Below are positions 18,870 through 30,629 of a DNA stretch of 64,000 nucleotides, one piece after another. The translations under genes and the position numbers were made by a program. The notes beneath the pieces were generated by a model. The model saw only the letters and a program-made list of their open reading frames with translations, was not told the origin of the DNA and made no database searches. How positions within the stretch are numbered: the stretch's first letter is position 1; the number at the start of each line of letters is the position of its first letter. The DNA is taken from NCBI GenBank assembly GCA_965248265.1, contig CBDFJF010000002.1, positions 4,000,001 through 4,064,000 of the forward strand, given 5' to 3'. This stretch comes from Candidatus Latescibacterota bacterium (lineage in GTDB: Bacteria; Latescibacterota; UBA2968; UBA8231).

Positions 18870-20105
18870 TCAATGCCCCACTGAGGCGGCGCCTTTTTCC
18901 CCCACGAGGTCGAATTCCTCAAACCGTGAGAGCCTGAAGGGCGCGATCAAGTCCGGTGTCTGCCGCGTGGCGATCATCTGCGCCATCATCTTGCCGCAGA
19001 TTGGCGAAGCCTTGAAGCCGTAGGTTCCCCAACCGACATCCAACAGGAACCCTTCGACCGACGTACTCCCCATCAGCGGGCTGAAATCGGGCGGCATCTC
19101 GCACAATCCTCCCCATTGGCGCAGAATGCGGACGTTGCCAAGGAAGGGAAACAATTCCAGCATGTGACCGGAAATGCCTTCGAGGAATTCCAGCGACGAT
19201 TGCAGGGTATAGGCTGGGTACGGATCGACGCTGGCTCCCATCACCAGTTCGCCGCGGTCCGATTGACTCACGTACACGTGTAGACTCCCCGACACGATGA
19301 CGACGTCGAGGAACGGCTTGAGCGGCTCGCTCACGCAGGCCTGCAGAGGAAAGGTTTCGAGTGGGAGTTTGACGCCGGCCATGGCGGCGACGTTCGATCC
19401 CCATCCCGCGGTGACGTTGAGGACGGTCCCTGCCCCGATGCGTCCCCGGTTCGTCTGCACGGCCCTCACGACGCCGTCGACGACATCGATACCAACCACC
19501 TCAGTACCTTGGTGAATGTGTACTCCGCTTTTGTCCGCTTGGTGAGCGTATCCCCAGACCACTGCGTCGTGTCGGATGATCCCCCCAGGCGGGTGGTAGA
19601 GGGCTGCAAGAATCGGGTATCGAGGATGATCGCTCACATCGAGATGCGGGCACAGACCGCTGATTTCGTCTGGAAAAATAAGCTGAGAGTCAACCCCCTC
19701 TAGCCGGTTCACCTCGGCCCGCCGGCGCATCGTACGCACCGCCCCGTCGGTGTGCGCGAGCGTCAGGTGCCCGCGTTGGCTGAACATGACGTTGAAGTCC
19801 AACTCCTGGGCCAACGACTCGTAAAGCTTGACGCTCGCGTCGTAAAAACGCACACCCTCTGAAGTCAGGTAGTTGGAGCGAATGATGGCCGTGTTGCGGC
19901 CACTCCCACCGCCGCCGATGTAGCCCTTGTCGAGGACGGCGACATCGACGATCCCATGTTGCTGTGCCAGGTAGTACGCGCATGCCAGACCGTGAGCCCC
20001 GCCGCCGATGATGACGACGTCATAGTGGTCACGCAATTCGCGATCGCGCCAAAGAGGCGGTGGAGGTTGTTTGCTGAATCCCTGGCGTAGCAGCCTGAAG
20101 GACAA
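18870..20105 (-). CDS. Sarcosine oxidase beta subunit-like / MgdA (FAD oxidoreductase)
   Basis: IIGGGAHGLACAYYLA, GGGSGRNTAIIRSNY, IIRHDAVVWGYA, GWGTYGFKA, EKGAASVGH. Confidence 0.93.
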   Translation of the reverse strand: MSFRLLRQGFSKQPPPPLWRDRELRDHYDVVIIGGGAHGLACAYYLAQQHGIVDVAVLDKGYIGGGGSGRNTAIIRSNYLTSEGVRFYDASVKLYESLAQELDFNVMFSQRGHLTLAHTDGAVRTMRRRAEVNRLEGVDSQLIFPDEISGLCPHLDVSDHPRYPILAALYHPPGGIIRHDAVVWGYAHQADKSGVHIHQGTEVVGIDVVDGVVRAVQTNRGRIGAGTVLNVTAGWGSNVAAMAGVKLPLETFPLQACVSEPLKPFLDVVIVSGSLHVYVSQSDRGELVMGASVDPYPAYTLQSSLEFLEGISGHMLELFPFLGNVRILRQWGGLCEMPPDFSPLMGSTSVEGFLLDVGWGTYGFKASPICGKMMAQMIATRQTPDLIAPFRLSRFEEFDLVGEKGAASVGH

Positions 20106-20267
20106 TGCGACACTTTCTTCGGTGTACTGCGAGCACGTCGTCAGCCGGAACGATGCGCTCGCGGAAGTCGGATGTACTCGCGCGCTTTGGCGGACGAACG
20201 TGCCGAGGGAAGCCCGATATGAGCACCCTCAGGAACTCACCCGAGGGTAGAAGCTATTCCACTCGGA

Positions 20268-20606
20268 TCAGATGGCCGATTCACCGGTCTCACCGGTGCG
20301 TATGCGCACGACCTCATCGACTGAAAGGACGAAAATCTTGCCGTCGCCAATACTGCCGGTATTGGAAGCTTGCTTGACCGCGTCGATGGCCTGCGCAGCG
20401 GCCGCCTCGGTGACGACAACCTCGATCTTCAACTTGGGCGTGAAATCGATGTTGTACTCGGCGCCGCGGTAGACCTCACGGTGGCCCTTTTGCCGGCCGA
20501 ATCCCTTCACTTCGCTGACGGTCATGCCGGTCAGACCCAGCGCGCTCAGGCCTTCCTTTATCTTGTCCAGCGCATTGGGCCGGACGACACAGGTCAACAG
20601 TTTCAT
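20268..20606 (-). CDS. glnK: P-II nitrogen regulatory protein
   Basis: GMTVSEVKGFGRQKGH.E.YRGAEY, GDGKIF, RIRTGE; adjacent to amtB. Confidence 0.97.
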   Translation of the reverse strand: MKLLTCVVRPNALDKIKEGLSALGLTGMTVSEVKGFGRQKGHREVYRGAEYNIDFTPKLKIEVVVTEAAAAQAIDAVKQASNTGSIGDGKIFVLSVDEVVRIRTGETGESAI

Positions 20607-20615
20607 GACTGACTC

Positions 20616-21974
20616 CTAAGCGGAATAATATCCCTGCTCGTTGTGGAGAGAGATGTCCAGGCCTCGATCCTCGTCCTCCTCCGAGACGCGCAGCCCGACG
20701 ATGGCATCGACGATTTTCAGGATGATGAATGAGGCGATGGCGCAGTAAATGACGGTGAAGAGAACACCCTTTAGCTGTACCCAGACTTGCCCGCCTATCG
20801 TCATCCCCTCGGAAAGGCCCTGGCCTCCGAGTCCCTTGGCGACGAACACACCCGTCAGCAGCGCTCCGACGATGCCGCCGATGCCGTGAACGCCGAAAGC
20901 GTCGAGCGAATCATCCACTCCCAGCATGTGTTTCAAACTGGTGGCCCCCCAGAAGCACAGAATCCCGGAAGCGGCGCCAACCGCGATGGCACCCATGGGC
21001 CCGACACTGCCGGAGGCCGGAGTGATCGCCACGAGGCCGGCCACGGCCCCGGTGGCGATGCCGAGAACGCTCGGCTTGCCGTGTTTCAGCCATTCCACCA
21101 GCATCCAGGCGACGGCGGCGGATGCCGTGGCAACCTGGGTCACCAGCATGGCCATGCCGGCAGAGCCATCGGCCGCGACGGCACTGCCCGCGTTGAAGCC
21201 GAACCAACCTACCCAGAGCATCGAGGCTCCGACCACGGTCAAGGTCAGACTGTGGGGGGGGATCGGGCTTTCGGGATACCCCTTTCGCTTACCGATCATG
21301 ATCGCCGCTACCAGGGCGGCAATGCCGGCGTTGATGTGCACGACGGTGCCGCCGGCGAAGTCGAGGACGCCCATGTCCCCGAAGAACGAGCCGTCACCAC
21401 TCCAGGCCATGTGGCACACTGGGGAATACACCACCGTCGACCAGATCACCATGAACAGGATCATGGCTGAAAATTTCATACGCTCAGCGAAACCACCCAC
21501 GATGAGAGCAGGCGTTATGATCGCGAATGTCATTTGGAAGGTCGCGAACACGGTCTCCGGTATCGTACCCGCCATCGAATCGACACCAACACCCCTCATG
21601 AAGGCCTTGGACAGTCCACCCACGAAGGAATTGAGATTGGTGACTCCCGCACTCATGCCGGCGGTATCGAAAGCCAAACTGTATCCCCACAACACCCAGA
21701 CCAGCGTCATGATTCCTGTCAATGCGAAACACTGCATCAGTACGGAAAGGACGTTCCTGGCGCGCACCAGGCCGCCGTAAAACAGCGACAGCCCCGGTAT
21801 GGTCATGAACAGGACGAGAGCCGTCGAGGTCAGCATCCAGGCGGTGTCGCCGGAATCCAGGTCATCAGCCATGGCCACGCCGGGAAGAGCCAGAACGATC
21901 AACAGGGCGATGGCCAGGATTTTACGGCGCGGGTCGGCGATCCTCGGACCCGGCGTTGATGTGCGTTCCATCAT
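20616..21974 (-). CDS. amtB: Ammonium/methylammonium transporter
   Basis: LDSGDTAW, FQMTFA, DFAGGTVVH, WFGFNAGS, DD.LDAFGVHG. Confidence 0.97.
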   Translation of the reverse strand: MMERTSTPGPRIADPRRKILAIALLIVLALPGVAMADDLDSGDTAWMLTSTALVLFMTIPGLSLFYGGLVRARNVLSVLMQCFALTGIMTLVWVLWGYSLAFDTAGMSAGVTNLNSFVGGLSKAFMRGVGVDSMAGTIPETVFATFQMTFAIITPALIVGGFAERMKFSAMILFMVIWSTVVYSPVCHMAWSGDGSFFGDMGVLDFAGGTVVHINAGIAALVAAIMIGKRKGYPESPIPPHSLTLTVVGASMLWVGWFGFNAGSAVAADGSAGMAMLVTQVATASAAVAWMLVEWLKHGKPSVLGIATGAVAGLVAITPASGSVGPMGAIAVGAASGILCFWGATSLKHMLGVDDSLDAFGVHGIGGIVGALLTGVFVAKGLGGQGLSEGMTIGGQVWVQLKGVLFTVIYCAIASFIILKIVDAIVGLRVSEEDEDRGLDISLHNEQGYYSA

Positions 21975-22140
21975 CTCTCCCTCCGATAGGAGTGCAGCAC
22001 GTCGCTGGAAAGGTCGCCACCCTGGCGGGTCAGCGACCGCGGTCGCGGCGCTCGATTTGGTGTAGACGTCAGCTAAATGGTGTGGTCAGTTTATATAATC
22101 GTCGGCAAGTCAGAATGTATAAGGCAGGCTCAACGTTAGG

Positions 22141-24984
22141 TCAATGGGCATCCAGCCAGTTGTCCCCCGTGCCCATTTCCACGATGATGGGAACACTCAT
22201 CGGCAGCGCCGTCATCATCGCCTCAGCAACGACTTCTTTAACTTCGGCCTCTTCTTCCCTGTACAGGTCGAAAACCAGTTCGTCGTGAACCTGCAAAAGC
22301 ATGCGAGTGCGCCAGCCTCTGGCTGACTGCTCAGCATGAATCCGCTGCATGGCCAACTTGATCATGTCCGCGGCAGACCCCTGAATGGGGGAGTTGATGG
22401 CGTTGCGCTCGGCCGCCTGACGGGCTGCCGCGCTCTTGGAGTTGATGTCGCGCAGGTAGCGACGACGGCCCGTCATGGTTTCGACGAAGCCATGCTCGCG
22501 GGCGTACTCAATGCGCTCATCCATGTACCGCCTGACCCCCGGGTACTCCTCAAAATAATGCTCGATCATCTGGGCCGCTTCTCCGCGCACGATGCCCAGA
22601 CGCTCCGCCAACCCGAAGGCCGAAATGCCGTAGACGATGCCGAAGTTGACGGTCTTCGACTGTCTCCTCATGTCGGCGGTGACGACCTCCCGCGGCACCC
22701 CGTAAACGCGACTGGCGGTCACCGTATGGATGTCTTCACCCTCCTGGAACGCCTTTACCATGCGCTCATCCTGGCAGATGTCGGCGATGACCCGGAGTTC
22801 GATCTGCGAGTAGTCTGCGCACAACAGAGTGTATTCCTCTCCGCCGGGCACGAACGCCTTGCGTATTTCTCGCCCCTGCTCGGTACGGACTGGAATGTTC
22901 TGCAGGTTGGGATCGCTCGACTGCATCCTGCCGGTGGCGGCAACCGCCTGCTCGTAATGCGTGTGTATGCGGCCGGTCGCCGGAAAGATGGTGCCCGGCA
23001 GCATATCCAGGTAGGTGGATTTCAGTTTCGTGCAGATGCGGTAATCCAGAATCTGGCGCGCGATCTCATGCTTGTGAGCCAGGCGTGTCAACACCAGCTC
23101 GTTGGTCTGGTACTGCTTTGATTTTCGCGTTCGCCTGGCCTTGGCATCCAGCTTGAGCTTGTCGAACAGGATGGTGCCTAGCTGAGAAGGGGAATTCAGG
23201 TTGAAGGGTTCGCCCGCCAGTTCCTCGATGCGCTTGGCAGCGGCCTCGATCTGCATTTCCAGAGCCACGGACAATTGACGCAAGCAATCCGGATCCACTC
23301 GGATTCCGGCGAACTCCATCGCCGCCAGTACCGGAATCAGCGGAGCCTCTACCTCCTCGAAAACACGAACCTGACCCGTCTCCTTCAGTTTTTCCCGTAG
23401 CAACGTGCTCAGTTGCAGGGTGAGATCCGCGTCCTCGACGGCGTATTCGGAAAGCCTCTCGAGCGCTACTTCTCTCATGCTTTTCTGCTCACTCCCCTTC
23501 TCACCGATCAACTCAACGATCGGAATCGGCCGGTACCCCAACAAGGCCTGTGCCAGGTAGTCGAGGCTTCGCCGCATGTCGGGAACAGCCAGATGGGCGG
23601 CGATCATGGTGTCGACGAGCCTTCCCTTGAGCGTCAATCCATGCCACAGCAGGGTTACCAGATCGAACTTGATGTTGTGGCCGATCTTCTCGATCTCGGA
23701 ATTCTCGAACAGGGGAAGACGGAACTCCTCCAGAACCTGAAGTGCGGCCTGGCGATCCTCAGGCAACGGTACATAGACGCCCGAGTGCGGTTCCAGCGAG
23801 ACCGCCAGTCCAATGATCTCGCAGGATTTCGGGTTGAGACTGGTGGTTTCCAGGTCCAGGCTGAGGGAATTCACCTCGGTGAGCCGGGCGATCAATTGGG
23901 CTCTTTCCGCCGGTCCTTCGACCACTTCGTACTGATGAGGAACGTCCTTCAGCGTCTTCAGCTCCGGGATCTCATCGAGCAGATCCGGAGACCGCTCACT
24001 GGCCTCGGACACCTCAGTCGCCCGTCGAGGCGCCACCTCGAACTGCTTTCCGTACAGCCGTTTGCCGAACATGTTGAACTCGAGTTCGGCGAACAATGCC
24101 TTGAGCGCCTCGTCGTCGAAGGGTTGTCGTGCGAGACTCTCCAGCGTGCACTCCAGCGGCACATCGCGATCGATGGTTACCAACCTCTTGGAGAGCATCG
24201 CCTGGTCCTCGTGTGCTTCGAGAAGCTGTCGCCGCTTGCCCTTTATTTCGTCAACATGATCCAGCAGATTCTCAACGCTGTCGTACTCACCGATCAGCTT
24301 TTGAGCCGTCTTCTTGCCTACGCCGGGCACGCCGGGCACGTTGTCGACACTGTCACCCATTAGCGCCAGGATATCGACAACCTGCTCGATACGCTCCACC
24401 TGCCACTCCTCCAATATCTCTGGAATTCCAAGTACTTCGGCGTCGCTGCCTTTGCGACCCGGCCTGTAGAGGAACGTGTGCTCCGACACCAGCTGAGCGA
24501 AGTCCTTGTCGGGGGTAACCATGTAGGTCGTAACCTGGCCTTCGTCATCAGCCATCCTCGCCAGGGTGCCGATGACGTCATCGGCTTCCCAACCGTCGAC
24601 GCGAATCGTCGGAATACGGAAGGACTCGCACAGTCGCTGGATGTAGGGCAGGGACGCGCTCAGATCATCCGGCATGGACTCTCGTTGAGCCTTGTACTCC
24701 GGAAAGGCTTCATGACGGTGGGTTGGCGTCGGCGTGTCGAAGACGACGGCCATGTAGGTGGGCTGGTACTTGTCCAGGATTTCGAGCAGGGTCGAGGTGA
24801 AGACGAAGGGTGCGGCCGTGTTGATGCCGGTGGCCGTGGTCGGAGGACGTTGTATCATGGCGAAGTAACCACGGTACACCAGGGCCATGCCATCCAGGAG
24901 GTAGAGGGACTTCTGCTTCCCCGTCCCCAACTCCAACTGGCCCGTCTCCGATGTTGGTGTCGGCGTCGTCACATTAACTGCCAA
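22141..24984 (-). CDS. polA: DNA polymerase I
   Basis: 5'-3' exo (EADDVIGTL, GDSVDNVPGV), intact 3'-5' exo motifs (DLETT, HNIKFD, YAVEDAD), DYSQIELR, VNFGIVYG, QVHDEL. Confidence 0.98.
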   Translation of the reverse strand: MAVNVTTPTPTSETGQLELGTGKQKSLYLLDGMALVYRGYFAMIQRPPTTATGINTAAPFVFTSTLLEILDKYQPTYMAVVFDTPTPTHRHEAFPEYKAQRESMPDDLSASLPYIQRLCESFRIPTIRVDGWEADDVIGTLARMADDEGQVTTYMVTPDKDFAQLVSEHTFLYRPGRKGSDAEVLGIPEILEEWQVERIEQVVDILALMGDSVDNVPGVPGVGKKTAQKLIGEYDSVENLLDHVDEIKGKRRQLLEAHEDQAMLSKRLVTIDRDVPLECTLESLARQPFDDEALKALFAELEFNMFGKRLYGKQFEVAPRRATEVSEASERSPDLLDEIPELKTLKDVPHQYEVVEGPAERAQLIARLTEVNSLSLDLETTSLNPKSCEIIGLAVSLEPHSGVYVPLPEDRQAALQVLEEFRLPLFENSEIEKIGHNIKFDLVTLLWHGLTLKGRLVDTMIAAHLAVPDMRRSLDYLAQALLGYRPIPIVELIGEKGSEQKSMREVALERLSEYAVEDADLTLQLSTLLREKLKETGQVRVFEEVEAPLIPVLAAMEFAGIRVDPDCLRQLSVALEMQIEAAAKRIEELAGEPFNLNSPSQLGTILFDKLKLDAKARRTRKSKQYQTNELVLTRLAHKHEIARQILDYRICTKLKSTYLDMLPGTIFPATGRIHTHYEQAVAATGRMQSSDPNLQNIPVRTEQGREIRKAFVPGGEEYTLLCADYSQIELRVIADICQDERMVKAFQEGEDIHTVTASRVYGVPREVVTADMRRQSKTVNFGIVYGISAFGLAERLGIVRGEAAQMIEHYFEEYPGVRRYMDERIEYAREHGFVETMTGRRRYLRDINSKSAAARQAAERNAINSPIQGSAADMIKLAMQRIHAEQSARGWRTRMLLQVHDELVFDLYREEEAEVKEVVAEAMMTALPMSVPIIVEMGTGDNWLDAH

Positions 24985-25021
24985 ATACGCGGACGCGCGC
25001 CTGTACGAAACGCCACTCGCG

Positions 25022-26041
25022 TCACTCCGCCCACTCGAAGAGGACCCCCATCATGCCCTTCTCATGGCGGTAGATCATTTCGTAGGCTTCCACCATGTCC
25101 GTGTATTTCATGCGATGGGTAATCAGCTTGGAGGGTTGAAGCCTGCCCTCTTCCATGAGCGATAGGATGTGCTTGCACTGCCGCTCTGCGGGGAAACGGT
25201 AACCTGTATCGGACGGATAGAGGTCACCGGCGAAACCGCTGACGGCGATGATGGAGAGGGATTTGGAATAAAACAAATCCATCGACAAAGGGTTGAAGTC
25301 GAGTTCGGCCTCGCCGCGGCCAGACAAACCGACGATGGACACCCGGCCGTTTGGCCGCGCGATCTCCATCGCCGTGCGATAAGCCGGCCACGGATTCGCC
25401 GTCAGGATCACCAGGTCGATCCCGGCGCCGTCAGTGAAATCATCGAGCTTCTGCTGCAGGTCGGGGTCGCTGGACAAAAAGCACTCGTGCACCCCCATCT
25501 GGCGCGCCATGTCGATCCGCTGGGGGCTGTTGGCGATGCCGACGACACGGGCGCCGATCAGCGGACCGACGGCGATGGCTCCCAACCCCAGGACGCCGAC
25601 CCCGACGACGGCGACGTTTTCACCGGGCGCGAACTGTGCCCTGCGATAGCAGTACGAACTGAGGGCGTACAGATGGGCGTACACGGCATCGGCCGAGTCA
25701 ACGCTGGGAGGCACTTTGACGAGCGCCCACGCTGTTTCCGCGACGACGTACTCCGATTGGTGCCACATGCGGGAGACGACGCGGTCACCGACCTGGAAAC
25801 GGGTAACCTCACTGCCAACGGCTCCCACCACACCGAGATTGCTGTCCCCCACCGGCCGTGGATATACGGGTGCACCTGGCACGTCCTCGGCTCCTTCGTA
25901 GTTGCCGCGATCAGTGCCGATCTTGAGGGCGCTGATTTCGGTCTGTACCCAGACCTGGTCGGGCTCCAGCCTAGACGGGTCGGGCGATTCGTGGTCCTCT
26001 ATTCGCAAATCCCGGGGACCGTGGAGCATGGCGAGCTTCAC
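25022..26041 (-). CDS. MDR-superfamily alcohol dehydrogenase-like oxidoreductase lacking canonical Zn ligands
   Basis: GroES fold (G.V..VG..VT.F.VGDRV), GVGVLG Rossmann; GDS replaces GHE; RBS GGAGG before GTG. Confidence 0.82.
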   Translation of the reverse strand: MKLAMLHGPRDLRIEDHESPDPSRLEPDQVWVQTEISALKIGTDRGNYEGAEDVPGAPVYPRPVGDSNLGVVGAVGSEVTRFQVGDRVVSRMWHQSEYVVAETAWALVKVPPSVDSADAVYAHLYALSSYCYRRAQFAPGENVAVVGVGVLGLGAIAVGPLIGARVVGIANSPQRIDMARQMGVHECFLSSDPDLQQKLDDFTDGAGIDLVILTANPWPAYRTAMEIARPNGRVSIVGLSGRGEAELDFNPLSMDLFYSKSLSIIAVSGFAGDLYPSDTGYRFPAERQCKHILSLMEEGRLQPSKLITHRMKYTDMVEAYEMIYRHEKGMMGVLFEWAE

Positions 26042-26269
26042 CGGATGTGCCTCCTGTTTTGAGTCAGTTGCCAATCGCCTGACGCCGACGCAAGCGGCCA
26101 CTCATGCATAGCGACTGGCAATATATCGCGGGTGGGGATGGGGCGCTACCGGGAGGCCGGATTTGGCTTGGAAGCCGTTGCCGACCGCCCTATCTTACTC
26201 GCTTCGATCCAGTCTGCACCTAGACAGGCGGCGCCACGTTCTCAATGCTGGAGGCAAACCCAAGTCGAC

Positions 26270-27430
26270 ATGGTCGACCGCGGCGAACAAACTCACCAGG
26301 TCCTCAAAGAGCTCTCCGTTCAGTTCGTTTCTTACTTGAGCGAGGAGGGGATGCGGGGACGCAAGCTCGACGTGTCGCGCTTCAGTCGCCAGCACACCAA
26401 ACTGTTCAGCGGTCTTGTGGGCGGGGTCAGCGTCGCCGGCGGTGCCTGGGCGGCCGTGTCTGTGTGGACGGGATCCCTGGGATTGGCGGGCAACCTGGCA
26501 CTCTCTCTCGGCCTGGTCGCCACGCCTATCTGGGTCCCCTTCGCCGGCGGCGTAGCGGGGCTCTCAGCGGCCGGAGGGGCTCTCTACGGCCTCCTCAGCG
26601 TTTCCCGCAGCCGTGGCCGTCGCCGACAACTGCAGAGCGTGATCGGATTCAGCAAGATTCTGCTGAAGGAAGAGGAATTCGCTCCGCACGACGAACGCGT
26701 CATGCGCAAGTTCCTGCGGGCCAAGAAAGTCAAGGAAGGGGACATCGAAAAGCTGCTGCAGACGACCCCCGAGGCCGCCAAGAAGATCGCCTGCGGACAC
26801 CTCTCAGAAGCACAGCGCCAGGAAATCGCCCGCTACATATTTCCTCTCGTCTACACCGGTGACGGCGTGATATCCAGCGCCGGCCGCAGGCGGTTCGCCC
26901 GTGTCTGCGACGAGTTGGAACTGGAAGCGGGAACCTCATCCGTACTCTCCAAGGACTATCGCACCCGCCTGGATGCCCAATGGAGTTATTTGCGCACGTT
27001 GATCGAACGGCTCAATCACTTCGTACACGAACTGATGTTCGACAGTCGCGAGATGGAACTCCTGAGGCAGCAACTGGAGCTGTTGATGTCCTTCGACCCT
27101 CGGCGCTCCGCCGCTGGCAAACGAAGCAAGACACTGCAACGACTGGGTCACCGTGCGCGTCAACCGACCGACGACATCCGTGACGACTCGGTCGATGAAG
27201 CTGCCCTCATGAGTGCTTACGCCATGGCCCACACGGCGGTACGGGACGGCTCCCACCGCAAACAGCTGGCGCGCGTATTCGACCTGTTGGTTAGGCAGCA
27301 ACTGAGTCTGTCTCCTGACTTCGCGCACAAACTTCTGGAGACTCGGCGCAAGATCGACCGCATGTACGCGACCACCCTGGCGACCCTCGCGCCAACTCAA
27401 ACACCCCCAGCGCCGCGAGCCAACGCCTAG
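26270..27430 (+). CDS. Hypothetical protein: Gly/Ala-rich hydrophobic hairpin plus TerB-like helical repeats
   Basis: Long ORF; LVGGVSVAGGAW..GGVAGLSAAGGALYG segment; VYTGDGVIS..RRRFARVCDELEL TerB-like motif. Confidence 0.6.
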   Translation: MVDRGEQTHQVLKELSVQFVSYLSEEGMRGRKLDVSRFSRQHTKLFSGLVGGVSVAGGAWAAVSVWTGSLGLAGNLALSLGLVATPIWVPFAGGVAGLSAAGGALYGLLSVSRSRGRRRQLQSVIGFSKILLKEEEFAPHDERVMRKFLRAKKVKEGDIEKLLQTTPEAAKKIACGHLSEAQRQEIARYIFPLVYTGDGVISSAGRRRFARVCDELELEAGTSSVLSKDYRTRLDAQWSYLRTLIERLNHFVHELMFDSREMELLRQQLELLMSFDPRRSAAGKRSKTLQRLGHRARQPTDDIRDDSVDEAALMSAYAMAHTAVRDGSHRKQLARVFDLLVRQQLSLSPDFAHKLLETRRKIDRMYATTLATLAPTQTPPAPRANA

Positions 27431-27468
27431 GGCCGGCCTCAGGCCAAATGGGGTTTTTCAACGGGCCC

Positions 27469-30604
<3,136 letters not shown>

Positions 30605-30629
<25 letters not shown>

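Noticed and set aside
20106-20267. Glycine or guanidine riboswitch before the soxB-like gene (CACCGAAG on the minus strand, hairpin at ~20225-20248)
   Set aside because: Lacks the CTCTCAGG element and the paired ACGR hairpins; the hairpin alone is not diagnostic.
22033-22046. Perfect palindrome GCGACCGCGGTCGC upstream of amtB as a nitrogen-regulator site
   Set aside because: GC-rich and does not match GlnR/TnrA, NtcA or NtrC boxes; could arise by chance.
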